In this document: positions 10,033 through 18,691 of the stretch, piece by piece
How the letters are laid out: each line of letters opens with the position of its first letter
How positions within the stretch are numbered: position 1 is the stretch's first letter
DNA from: Candidatus Levyibacteriota bacterium
GTDB lineage: Bacteria > Patescibacteriota > Microgenomatia > Levybacterales > UBA12049
Length of the DNA stretch: 64,000 nt
Reading direction: 5' to 3'
NCBI GenBank assembly: GCA_027459725.1
Contig: DAIDHK010000001.1
Coordinates: forward strand, 3,411-67,410
The notes under the pieces: generated by a model
The model's input: only the letters and a program-made list of their open reading frames with translations
Databases searched by the model: none
Told to the model about the DNA's origin: nothing
Made by a program: the position numbers and the translations under genes

Positions 10033-10569
10033 TCATCTGGAATTTTTTACCTGGTCGATTGCCTTGTTTACCGCTTCTTTTGCACTTTCTGCACTGATAA
10101 TTTTTATTCTTTTTCTCTCGTCCAAAAAAGTATTGGCCAATTTTTCACTCCAGCCCCCACTTCTGCCCAAAGCAATTATCGGAATATTAGCCTGGTAGGC
10201 AATGGCAATTTCCGTTAAAGTTCCTGAACCTCCGTTGATAGTGATGATAACGTCACAACTGTTGACCAGAACAAACTCTCTGCCTCCTCCACGCTCTGAG
10301 CCGGTTGCAATAATTATATCAATATTTTTTTCATGCACATCCAAACCTTTTCCATATGTCACACCCACTACTTGTCCCTTTGCTTTTTTTGCTCCCCGAC
10401 AGGCAGCCTGAGAGACTGAGTCGACGTCTTTTTCAGCTCCCACCAACAGAATGGCCTTCTTCTTAGCTATCCACCATCCCACTTCCTCTCCCAACTCCAA
10501 TAGTTTCTGTGAGTGAATAATATCCGTACATGATCCCATTACACCGATTTGCAATTTTCGCTGCTTCAT
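10033..10569 (-). CDS. LOG/TIGR00725-like Rossmann-fold protein (LOG phosphoribohydrolase superfamily)
   Basis: IGVMGS...LLVGAEKD...INGGSGTLTEIAIA contains the LOG PGGxGTxxE motif. Start moved to the internal ATG (MKQRKLQIGVMGS), 5 nt after the upstream gene's stop. Confidence 0.65.
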   Translation of the reverse strand: MKQRKLQIGVMGSCTDIIHSQKLLELGEEVGWWIAKKKAILLVGAEKDVDSVSQAACRGAKKAKGQVVGVTYGKGLDVHEKNIDIIIATGSERGGGREFVLVNSCDVIITINGGSGTLTEIAIAYQANIPIIALGRSGGWSEKLANTFLDERKRIKIISAESAKEAVNKAIDQVKNSR

Positions 10570-10574
10570 AATTA

Positions 10575-11630
10575 TTATCTTTCTCTTTTTGGCCAAAAAG
10601 TTTCAGCCGGAAAATCCCGTCTAGTTTCTGCTGATGCCTCTTTATCCCTAGTAATCTGCTGTAACTCATGAATAGTATCACATATTTCTGTCCTATTTCT
10701 TCTTAACATTTCACTACTTAAACGGCGTGAAAATGAGGGCATTAACCAGTTTGGTATATTTCTGTCGAAAAATGAATTTTTGTTTAAACCATTTTGCGCG
10801 ATTACTCTTCCTTCTGATTGTAAGACCTTCATACCTTGCGTATCTATGGAATGAGGAAACAAACCCTCCCGTCTTTCCAGAAGAACATCTTTAATTTCTC
10901 TTTCAATACTTTTTTTACTGCCCTCGTCACAAATTGCTAATCGTTCCCGAAGATCTTGTAAGTGTATTATGGTATCAAACATTTCCCGTCTCCCAAGTGC
11001 AGGATGATCAAAAAAATCCAACAGATGAAAACCGTCATCCTGAGGAGTTTGAACCGCACTTCCCGCAACTACTTCTGCTCCTGCCTCTTCAAGAAGCCTT
11101 GCTCCACCCGGTTTATCTATCCCAAATGTACCTACATTAGCGGTGATAAAGCCAAAGGTGCTATCCTGCATACTTGCTCCAAGCAGGCCGGCTGCATCTA
11201 TCATGGTTCGTCCTGACCAGCCGACATCATCTATAAACAGAGGTCTTGATAAATCCACCCTGTCTCTCATCTCCCTAATTTGTGCAGAACCCAATGACAC
11301 AAAATGTCCTATTCCATCCAACCTTGGCGAAGAAACTACTCTAATACGGCTCAAATGTAAATCATCGCTTACTAAAGTACCAGGAAGCATTCTCTCCAAA
11401 TGCGATCGCATCTGACCTGAGAGGTCAATAACCGAGCTGAAGGTTCTTCTTCTCAACTCATTTTCCAGTACTTTTAAATGAGAAAGAAGATCTACAATCA
11501 CATGTTCAAACTCCGGATGACCGGCACTAGCTACTAAACGCATTGTAAGTACATCCAGTCTCCCCCAATCTTTTGGGTCTGTTCGCAACTTTGCGCTATC
11601 CTGAAACCATAATATTCTTTGTCTGTTCAT
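10575..11630 (-). CDS. Hypothetical 351-aa protein with a central type-I phosphoribosyltransferase (PRTase) domain
   Basis: LFIDDVGWSGRTMIDAAGLLGA is a PRPP-binding loop signature. Arg-rich, highly charged C-terminus. Local GC clearly higher than surrounding genes. Confidence 0.55.
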   Translation of the reverse strand: MNRQRILWFQDSAKLRTDPKDWGRLDVLTMRLVASAGHPEFEHVIVDLLSHLKVLENELRRRTFSSVIDLSGQMRSHLERMLPGTLVSDDLHLSRIRVVSSPRLDGIGHFVSLGSAQIREMRDRVDLSRPLFIDDVGWSGRTMIDAAGLLGASMQDSTFGFITANVGTFGIDKPGGARLLEEAGAEVVAGSAVQTPQDDGFHLLDFFDHPALGRREMFDTIIHLQDLRERLAICDEGSKKSIEREIKDVLLERREGLFPHSIDTQGMKVLQSEGRVIAQNGLNKNSFFDRNIPNWLMPSFSRRLSSEMLRRNRTEICDTIHELQQITRDKEASAETRRDFPAETFWPKRER

Positions 11631-11639
11631 ATTTTTTAT

Positions 11640-11692
11640 AAAAAAAACCTCGCCCCTATCTATCCTTTTTAATCAGATAGACAAGGGCGAGG
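11640..11692 (-). terminator. Intrinsic terminator (minus orientation): 8-bp GC stem cctcgccc/gggcgagg extended by an inner stem, followed by a T8 run
   Basis: Seen directly. Plus strand 11648-11692 forms the hairpin. The A8 run at 11640-11647 becomes a 3' U-tract on the minus strand. Confidence 0.7.
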
Positions 11693-11730
11693 CTTCTCGC
11701 GGTACCACCTTGTTTTGCTATCACGGCCAT

Positions 11731-11753
11731 AAAAAAATCCCCATCGCGGGGAT
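11731..11753 (-). terminator. Second intrinsic terminator (minus orientation): atcccc/ggggat stem, 5-nt loop, T7 run
   Basis: Plus strand 11731-11753 aaaaaaatccccatcgcggggat. On the minus strand the hairpin is followed by U7. Confidence 0.6.
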
Positions 11754-12013
11754 CTTAAAATTATAGCTAAATAGCCTCATTTCAAATGCTCCGTTTCCGA
11801 CACATTCTTTCTGCTATAACGGGCTTACCCGTAAACCTTAATTGCAATCTGCTTTAGGGTTTCGACTCCAGAGGGTAATTCGAGATTATTAAGTTCGGGG
11901 AGTCTTTCATCAACCGCTCCCTTTCTGTTGTCACCTTAACTCTCTACTAGTTCTCTATCAAAGTCTTTCTTGAATTGTAAGAATACTATAGCACCTATGC
12001 TCCTACTAGTCAA

Positions 12014-12757
12014 CTATGAAACTTCCTGAAGCAGTGAATAGTAATGTAGATATACGTTACCCGCAGCCAACACTCCGCCACCCATTGCACCAGATGATTC
12101 ATATGGCGCTATCAGCTGACGCGTCCCCGGGGTCTGGTCCCATAAATAATTGAGTTGCCATCGAACAAGCTTATCTCCTCTTAAATCAGCATGAAGTTCA
12201 CTGCGGGCAGAGTCCCAGACATTCGGATCAAGATTAATATACATGAAATGTCCCTGGGGAAAAAGATTGGAGTGTCCATTAAAGTCACTTCTTCGGGGAG
12301 ACTTACTAAGGTGAGCTGAAACCGCATTACTGGTAAAAATTTCCATACCCTTAATCCCATCAAGCATACGAAGAGTATTTGTCGTATACTTACCATTGTT
12401 GCGGATAACAGCACCATATAAGCTTCTTTTAGCTTTGTTCACATACCTTCTGGTAGCTAGAGCTATTATGTGAGAATATGAGTCATCCAATCCTAAAGAT
12501 ACCACCTGATTTCTAGCAGTATCCAGATCCTCTTTTGGATATCTTTGATGTTTAAAGTATAACTTTATATGATTGTAAAAATCTTCTTCTGTTTTCTCAA
12601 TCCCAGCATTATGATCGAATCCTGCATCGCTATCTCCCAGTCTCTGTCTGATTGTCGCTGTCAAATCAAATCGCTCTACCGGTGTAAGCTGATACCAATT
12701 ATCAAATCCCGCCTCCATATCTGCTAAATTAACTTGCAATAACTTTTCCATGCACAA
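12014..12757 (-). CDS. Hypothetical protein (247 aa), no recognisable domain
   Basis: Long ORF with elevated GC like the PRTase gene. Separated from the terminators by about 260 nt. No motif I can assign. Confidence 0.5.
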   Translation of the reverse strand: MCMEKLLQVNLADMEAGFDNWYQLTPVERFDLTATIRQRLGDSDAGFDHNAGIEKTEEDFYNHIKLYFKHQRYPKEDLDTARNQVVSLGLDDSYSHIIALATRRYVNKAKRSLYGAVIRNNGKYTTNTLRMLDGIKGMEIFTSNAVSAHLSKSPRRSDFNGHSNLFPQGHFMYINLDPNVWDSARSELHADLRGDKLVRWQLNYLWDQTPGTRQLIAPYESSGAMGGGVLAAGNVYLHYYSLLQEVS

Positions 12758-12904
12758 GATTTTACCTTACTTAAGAAATAACTTCAATCATCATACCGGA
12801 TTCTTTTATCTAAAAAGAAGATTTGAATAGTAATTAGGATCGGCGGGCTGTTCATTACGACTAACTTAGTTTAGGCTATATTGAGTAGTACTTATCAACA
12901 ATGT

Positions 12905-13330
12905 CTATTTATGGGCAGTAGCAATCAGTTTGGATAATATCAAACTAAATTGCTTTTTTTCCTGTGAATTCAGAGTTTCAAAATATGCCGGTTTCATTGC
13001 ATCAATTCTTTTGTCTATTTTATTACACAAATTCTCACCCCTTTTAGTTAGTTTGATCATTTTCTCCCGCCGGTCATCGGGATTTTCCTCACGGGTAATA
13101 AATTTATGATTAAACAATCTATCGACTATGCCGGTTATATTTGAGGCATCACAATTTATTCTTGCAGACAGTGAATTCATAGGAATTGAATTATTATTAG
13201 CTAGTAAACACAGTGTATATAACTGCATAACAGACAATTCAAATTCACCGGCAATATCCATCAAATCATGTTTTGTTAAGAGTGACACCTGAAATAGCTG
13301 CAGATATAAATTATTTTTTATTCCCGACAT
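12905..13330 (-). CDS. MarR-family transcriptional regulator
   Basis: Winged-helix pattern LSVMQLYTLCLLANNNSIPMNSLSARINCDASNITGIVDRL. Divergent from the MFS gene. Confidence 0.75.
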   Translation of the reverse strand: MSGIKNNLYLQLFQVSLLTKHDLMDIAGEFELSVMQLYTLCLLANNNSIPMNSLSARINCDASNITGIVDRLFNHKFITREENPDDRREKMIKLTKRGENLCNKIDKRIDAMKPAYFETLNSQEKKQFSLILSKLIATAHK

Positions 13331-13399
13331 AACAGTATCATTATATCTCTAATAAATAGTTATTTCAATAGTTGACATCCTTAACAATCTAATTATACT

Positions 13400-14839
13400 A
13401 TGATCTATGTTATGAACAAAAACTGGTTAATTTTTTTGCTGGTTACCATTGCGCAGTTTATGGTAGTTCTTGATTCTTCAATAACAAATGTCGCGCTACC
13501 GGCAATAAAACAATCATTAAACTTCAACTCCGATACACTGCAATGGGTAGTAACTGCCTATTCTCTAACATTTGGAGGATTTTTATTACTTGGTGGAAGA
13601 ACAGCTGATCTGTTCGGCCGAAAAAGGACTTTACTTTTTGGTATGAGTACCTTTACAGTTGTCTCATTTACTATCGGTATTAGTCAATCTGCATTTCTAC
13701 TTATATTACTGCGTGGTTTACAGGGTCTGGCAGCCGCCTTTATGTCACCTTCTGCTTTATCAATTGTTTTAACCATTTTCCCTCCAGGAAATGAACGAAA
13801 TAAAGCCTTATCTCTCTGGACAACAGTCGCCACAGGTGGAGCAGCCCTCGGATTACTACTTGGCGGATTCTTAACTGAGTTTATCAACTGGAGATGGAAC
13901 TTTTTTATCAATGTTCCAGTTGGAATTATCATCAGTCTGGCCATAGCCCGCATTCTGCCGGCACATGAACAAGAAGAAAAATCGCATAAACAATTGGATT
14001 TGCTTGGAGCAGGACTTATAACCAGCGGTATTATGATTCTAGTCTTTGCCATCAGTGAAGCCAGTGTTTGGGGTTGGACAAGTATTCCGACATTTGCTCT
14101 CCTAATACTGGCTATTATCCTGCATGTTCTGTTTATCTACCGGGAAAAAACATTTCGCCACCCGCTTATGTCGTTGGATATTTTTACTTCCAGAAATGTG
14201 GTGGGAGCTAATGTTATGATGGCGTTTTTAGCCGGAACTATGTTTGGCAATTTTTATATAACCTCACTCTATTTACAAACGATTCTGCATTATTCTTCAT
14301 TCATAACCGGCTTAAGTTTTTTACCCTTCCCTATCATTTTAGGATTAACATCCTCTCAGACACCCAAGCTTGTAGCCAAATTCGGCTTTAAACCTTTTTT
14401 ATCTATCGGTCCACTTATAGTTGCTATGGGTCTTTTCTCATTAACTATGATGCCGGTAAATGGGAACTACTGGAGTGTGTTACCATCCTTTTTACTTATC
14501 CCTTTTGGTATGGGTCTGACTTTTATGCCTGTATTTCTGGCAGCCACAAGTGGAGTTCCCACTCACAAAGCAGGTCTGGCCTCAGGCTTGATTAATACCT
14601 CCCAGCAGATGGGAGGAGCGGTGGGGCTTGCTATACTGTCAAGTATTGCAGTAGCTGCTACGAATACTATCTCTGGATTATCTAATTCCCCATCTGGAGT
14701 AGTTGCTGGTTATCATATGGCATTTTTAACGACTTTACTTTTTCTGGCAATAACTATTCTGGTCTCACTACTTGTAATAAGATCAAATAAAAATTTTACA
14801 CAGAATTTAAAAGTGGACAGACCAATTCTGGCCGAATAA
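13400..14839 (+). CDS. MFS transporter, DHA2 (EmrB/QacA, 14-TM) drug:H+ antiporter family
   Basis: IAQFMVVLDSSITNVALPAI, LLGGRTADLFGRKR, 14 predicted TM segments. Confidence 0.85.
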   Translation: MIYVMNKNWLIFLLVTIAQFMVVLDSSITNVALPAIKQSLNFNSDTLQWVVTAYSLTFGGFLLLGGRTADLFGRKRTLLFGMSTFTVVSFTIGISQSAFLLILLRGLQGLAAAFMSPSALSIVLTIFPPGNERNKALSLWTTVATGGAALGLLLGGFLTEFINWRWNFFINVPVGIIISLAIARILPAHEQEEKSHKQLDLLGAGLITSGIMILVFAISEASVWGWTSIPTFALLILAIILHVLFIYREKTFRHPLMSLDIFTSRNVVGANVMMAFLAGTMFGNFYITSLYLQTILHYSSFITGLSFLPFPIILGLTSSQTPKLVAKFGFKPFLSIGPLIVAMGLFSLTMMPVNGNYWSVLPSFLLIPFGMGLTFMPVFLAATSGVPTHKAGLASGLINTSQQMGGAVGLAILSSIAVAATNTISGLSNSPSGVVAGYHMAFLTTLLFLAITILVSLLVIRSNKNFTQNLKVDRPILAE

Positions 14840-14841
14840 CT

Positions 14842-15801
14842 TTAAGATCCTGTTAAACCCCGGACAAACGATACCGCTATCTTTCCTAGTTTTTCAACAT
14901 TATATCCTCCTTCCTGTATGACTAGAGTTGGTAGATCTATTTTTCTAATTTCCTCTCCAATCATACTGAAGCATGGAATTGTTAATTTGAAACCACCAAT
15001 AGGATCATACTCATATGTATCAAAACCCGCTGAGACAACTAAATATTTAGGATTAAAATTATCAATTTCTGCTAATGCTTTTCTGAGGATTTTTAAATAT
15101 TGCCTATCAGTCGTTCCAAGGGATAAAGGGAAATTAATATTGTACCCACGTCCGTCTCCTGACCCCTTCTCTTTTGCGAAACCACTGTTATACGGAAACC
15201 TATCATGCGGATTTGCATGCAGTGAAATATATAATACGTCAGCGCGCTGATAAAAAATATTCTGTGTTCCATTTCCGTGATGAAAATCTATATCTAAAAT
15301 TGCCACTTTGCCTTTCTTTGATAGATAGTTCGCGGCAATAGCTGCATTATTAAAATAACAATATCCTCCCATGCGGTTATGTTCGGCATGATGACCTGGA
15401 GGTCGACACAGACTGTAGATTAATTTTTTACCGTTTAGAATACATTCTGCTCCTGTTAATGCTACATTTACTGAAGTTAAGGCTGCCTCATATGTCCTAC
15501 TAACTAAGGGAGTATAAGTGTCCATAATGTAATATGAGGAAAATAATATATCTTCAGGCAGTATCTTTAACACACGCGCTCTGAGGAAACTTACATACTC
15601 TTTCTGGTGAACAGCTAAAATATATTTAAGCGGAAAAACCTTAGGAGTGTAAAAGGACTTAAACCCATTAGCCTTCAGAGAAGATTCAATACTTTTTATT
15701 CTTTCTGCTTTTTCAGCATATGGTTCTTTTTGTCCGTCATATATTTCATAAACGGGATCGTGAATTGTATGTTTTGCTGAGTAAATAAATTGTATTTCCA
15801 T
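14842..15801 (-). CDS. Histone deacetylase-family amidohydrolase (AcuC / acetylpolyamine amidohydrolase-like)
   Basis: RPPGHHA, DIDFHHGNGTQ and SAGFDTYEYDPIGG zinc and active-site motifs of the arginase/deacetylase fold. Confidence 0.85.
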   Translation of the reverse strand: MEIQFIYSAKHTIHDPVYEIYDGQKEPYAEKAERIKSIESSLKANGFKSFYTPKVFPLKYILAVHQKEYVSFLRARVLKILPEDILFSSYYIMDTYTPLVSRTYEAALTSVNVALTGAECILNGKKLIYSLCRPPGHHAEHNRMGGYCYFNNAAIAANYLSKKGKVAILDIDFHHGNGTQNIFYQRADVLYISLHANPHDRFPYNSGFAKEKGSGDGRGYNINFPLSLGTTDRQYLKILRKALAEIDNFNPKYLVVSAGFDTYEYDPIGGFKLTIPCFSMIGEEIRKIDLPTLVIQEGGYNVEKLGKIAVSFVRGLTGS

Positions 15802-15802
15802 A

Positions 15803-16861
15803 TTATTTGCACAATTCCATAATTCTGCTCATTTGTGGGTTAGAATAGTATCTTCTTATACTTCCTACAGGCAAATACATAAATGTGAAATCACGCAAAT
15901 TACCATGCTGTTGGGACAAACCATCATTAACACTAACATTCTGTCTTAATATTTGAGGAACAGAATGTACTAATTGGTCACGTAGAGGAATTCTTAGACC
16001 TGCACCCATACCGGCTCTATCGGCACGTGTCTGAAAATTACACTCTGCATATATAAGAGGTAAGTCGTTGAGACTATTCTGTAAATCAGTTAACACATTA
16101 GCGATAAGGTAAGATACACCCGCAGTCTGCAGACCCTGACCTTCATAGCCTGTTTGTGTTTTCCATTCAGTACTTTCTATCAAGTCCAGCTGTCCAGATA
16201 TTGCTGGTATAATCAGTCTTTCAGCCATTGATACACTAATCAACTGTTTGTCATCAGCTATACCGCTAAACCATACTGTACGCTTCTGCGGATCCATTTT
16301 CCTTTCCGTTTTGAGTCTGTGCTGTAGATGCCCAATTTCTTCTCTACTCCAACCAAAGGTTGATCCCCAGAGTTTAAACAGATCGTCTATCTGATCCTCC
16401 TCTATTTCATTAATAAATCGGTATCTTTTACTTCGTATTTTTTCTATCCGTTGTACCGGGGAATAAGTTCCTTCTTTCAAACCGTCCGTCTCCGAGATCA
16501 TCAAATCCATGGGAGTTGGCTGTCCCCTCTCAATATTGTTTTGAGCCAGATAGATAAGCCAGGAAGTCTCATTGGTAAACTCCTGCAAAGGTAAAGCAAC
16601 TTCCAAATTCTTTCTCAAATTATTATTAGCAATATGTTTTATAACAGGATCGGTCACAATACCACGAAAAACTACTCTTCCTATCCTGTGGGAGAATCGC
16701 TCTCTTATTCTATTCAAATGGGAAAAATTGCTTTCGATTTCATCAGTATTATCCGATATTCGTCGTGCATTTATATATAGTCTTTCATTCTGTCGACGTG
16801 ATACTCCCAAACCTCCTGTGCTGGAAAAGATTGGCTCTGATTCATTATTCATATCCAGCAT
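15803..16861 (-). CDS. Hypothetical protein (352 aa), upstream of and 1 nt from the HDAC-like gene
   Basis: Long ORF. The C-terminal RADRAGMGAGLRIPL stretch is faintly GNAT-like. No confident domain. Confidence 0.5.
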   Translation of the reverse strand: MLDMNNESEPIFSSTGGLGVSRRQNERLYINARRISDNTDEIESNFSHLNRIRERFSHRIGRVVFRGIVTDPVIKHIANNNLRKNLEVALPLQEFTNETSWLIYLAQNNIERGQPTPMDLMISETDGLKEGTYSPVQRIEKIRSKRYRFINEIEEDQIDDLFKLWGSTFGWSREEIGHLQHRLKTERKMDPQKRTVWFSGIADDKQLISVSMAERLIIPAISGQLDLIESTEWKTQTGYEGQGLQTAGVSYLIANVLTDLQNSLNDLPLIYAECNFQTRADRAGMGAGLRIPLRDQLVHSVPQILRQNVSVNDGLSQQHGNLRDFTFMYLPVGSIRRYYSNPQMSRIMELCK

Positions 16862-16939
16862 TAAAACAAAGCCTTGCTACTTTGTAAAATTTTTATTACA
16901 ATTGTACATATTTATTATTATTTGTAATATATTTTACAT

Positions 16940-17593
16940 ATGATTCGTATTACTGATGTGGTAGAAGAAATTATTTATGAAGATGGCTTTGTAATTGAAG
17001 CTATTCAACGTGGTGTCTTAAATATCAGCGCTTATGCTAAAAAAATTCATAACGGAGTTGAAACAAAAACTTTTAAACCGGTTAAAATCGGTACGATTAT
17101 AGTAGCTCTAAACAGGATATCAAAAAAAGTTTCCCGAACAAATTCTTTAACGCCTTTTGTAAAAATAAGTACAATGAGCGTGACTTCTTTACTAGCGGAA
17201 ATTTCTTATGAAAAAACCTCCCATACATTGCAACGGTTAAATAATCTTGATAACTCTTTGTTAAAAGACAAAGATTTCTTTACTGTTATAGAAGGGTTAA
17301 ATGAAATAACAATTATTTGTTCAACCGAAGTAAAAGATGCCATATGTAAACATTTCTCGATAAATCCGAAAGTTAAAATTGATAATCTCGTGGCAGTATC
17401 GGTACGTTTTTCATCGGAATATATAAATATACCCAATACAATCTATTCACTAGTCAGTCAGCTGGCAAACAGACATATTAATGTCATAGAAATAGTCTCC
17501 ACATATACCGAACTGACATTTATTGTTTATAAAAATGATATGGAAAGAACTGTTCAGTCACTCAATCATTACTCTCAACTAAAGAATGTATAA
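16940..17593 (+). CDS. Hypothetical protein with tandem ACT-like regulatory domains
   Basis: ITIICSTEVKDAICKHF and LVAVSVRFSSEYINIPNTIYSLVSQLANRHINVIEIVSTYTELTFIV resemble aspartokinase-type ACT repeats. No catalytic domain. Confidence 0.45.
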   Translation: MIRITDVVEEIIYEDGFVIEAIQRGVLNISAYAKKIHNGVETKTFKPVKIGTIIVALNRISKKVSRTNSLTPFVKISTMSVTSLLAEISYEKTSHTLQRLNNLDNSLLKDKDFFTVIEGLNEITIICSTEVKDAICKHFSINPKVKIDNLVAVSVRFSSEYINIPNTIYSLVSQLANRHINVIEIVSTYTELTFIVYKNDMERTVQSLNHYSQLKNV

Positions 17594-17679
17594 ATCAATT
17601 TAATTCTTACCGACCATATTTGCTAGATAGCAATTACTCCTATTTTGACGTTATGTTAAATGAATGTTAAAATTCCCGC

Positions 17680-18552
17680 ATGACTAAAGCTGAAAACCCC
17701 AACTGGGTAAGCGCCGATCTACATACTCTCAAAGAAGTCTATGTAAACCCCCATACAAGTGAATTAATGAGTTTTATAGTTCCACCGGATATTGCAAGAC
17801 GATTACGCAGCGGCAATCCCTATTATTATAATATTGCTACAAGAAGCCGTATCGCACAGATCGGCCTGGAAGTCGGACCATATTCAACCTCAATGGCTCT
17901 TATTGAGCAAACACTTGAACCGCATGGAAAAAAATATAAAGAGAATCATTCAATGTATGCACAAGTTGAAGTCATGAATCATTCAGAAAGAGCAATATAC
18001 GTGCCAGGTGGTATAACCATTTTCCGTTTATTACATAAAGCTTCCAGCTCTCTTAAAGGAGCAGAACTTTTGCGCGCAATCGCTGAAAGAGTTATTAGGG
18101 TAAGTGGAGATTATGGAAAAGACTGGGTATGGGATTTTAGCAATGGCTCAAAAAAAGATGAAGATATTAAAGGCATAAAATTTAAACTGGATCCAGCCTC
18201 GCATAAGTGGATGCCCCCGTCTTCTGATCCTTCACCTCTAAATTTAAATAATATAGTTCAGTTGGGTTCAAGACAGTATAGAGACTATATCGACAGTTTA
18301 CTAGTTCCAATTAGTGCAAGTTCCGAACCATCACTGACAATTTCTGAGACGATATCACAACTCACTCTTAATGGAGCACATGCCTTAATCTACCCCTTAG
18401 TAAAAGTGCTAGCCGAACATGGAAGAACAAAGCATATAAACTCACTGTTTGTGGAAAACGGCAGTAACTGGCGTATAAGAACTGAGACTTTTGGTCCTAC
18501 TACAAAAGAGGATCTGGCCCGTCAAGTAACTATGCATTTCTGGAAGACATGA
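17680..18552 (+). CDS. Hypothetical protein (290 aa)
   Basis: Long ORF following the ACT-like gene. No recognisable motif. Confidence 0.5.
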   Translation: MTKAENPNWVSADLHTLKEVYVNPHTSELMSFIVPPDIARRLRSGNPYYYNIATRSRIAQIGLEVGPYSTSMALIEQTLEPHGKKYKENHSMYAQVEVMNHSERAIYVPGGITIFRLLHKASSSLKGAELLRAIAERVIRVSGDYGKDWVWDFSNGSKKDEDIKGIKFKLDPASHKWMPPSSDPSPLNLNNIVQLGSRQYRDYIDSLLVPISASSEPSLTISETISQLTLNGAHALIYPLVKVLAEHGRTKHINSLFVENGSNWRIRTETFGPTTKEDLARQVTMHFWKT

Positions 18553-18555
18553 GAA

Positions 18556-18687
18556 TTACTCACAGCAGGGATCTTTGAATCCACAATTCTTACAATATGC
18601 ATCCCGGCTACCTGGCATATCCCCCATTAATTCATTACAATTAGGACATACCTGTGCTCGAATAATTACCTTAGCGGGAAATTCCAT
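18556..18687 (-). CDS. Small zinc-ribbon protein (43 aa)
   Basis: MEFPAKVIIRAQVCPNCNELMGDMPGSRDAYCKNCGFKDPCCE has a CxxC...CxxC pattern. Begins 5 nt after the GT-C gene stop. The longer 75-aa ORF call would overlap that gene. Confidence 0.45.
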   Translation of the reverse strand: MEFPAKVIIRAQVCPNCNELMGDMPGSRDAYCKNCGFKDPCCE

Positions 18688-18691
18688 AAAT

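Noticed and set aside
11640-11760. Plus-strand terminators for the PRTase gene
   Set aside because: On the plus strand the hairpins are preceded by A-runs rather than followed by T-runs. Orientation is consistent only with termination of minus-strand transcripts.
13684-14052. 122-aa minus-strand ORF inside the MFS gene
   Set aside because: Antisense shadow ORF of the DHA2 transporter.
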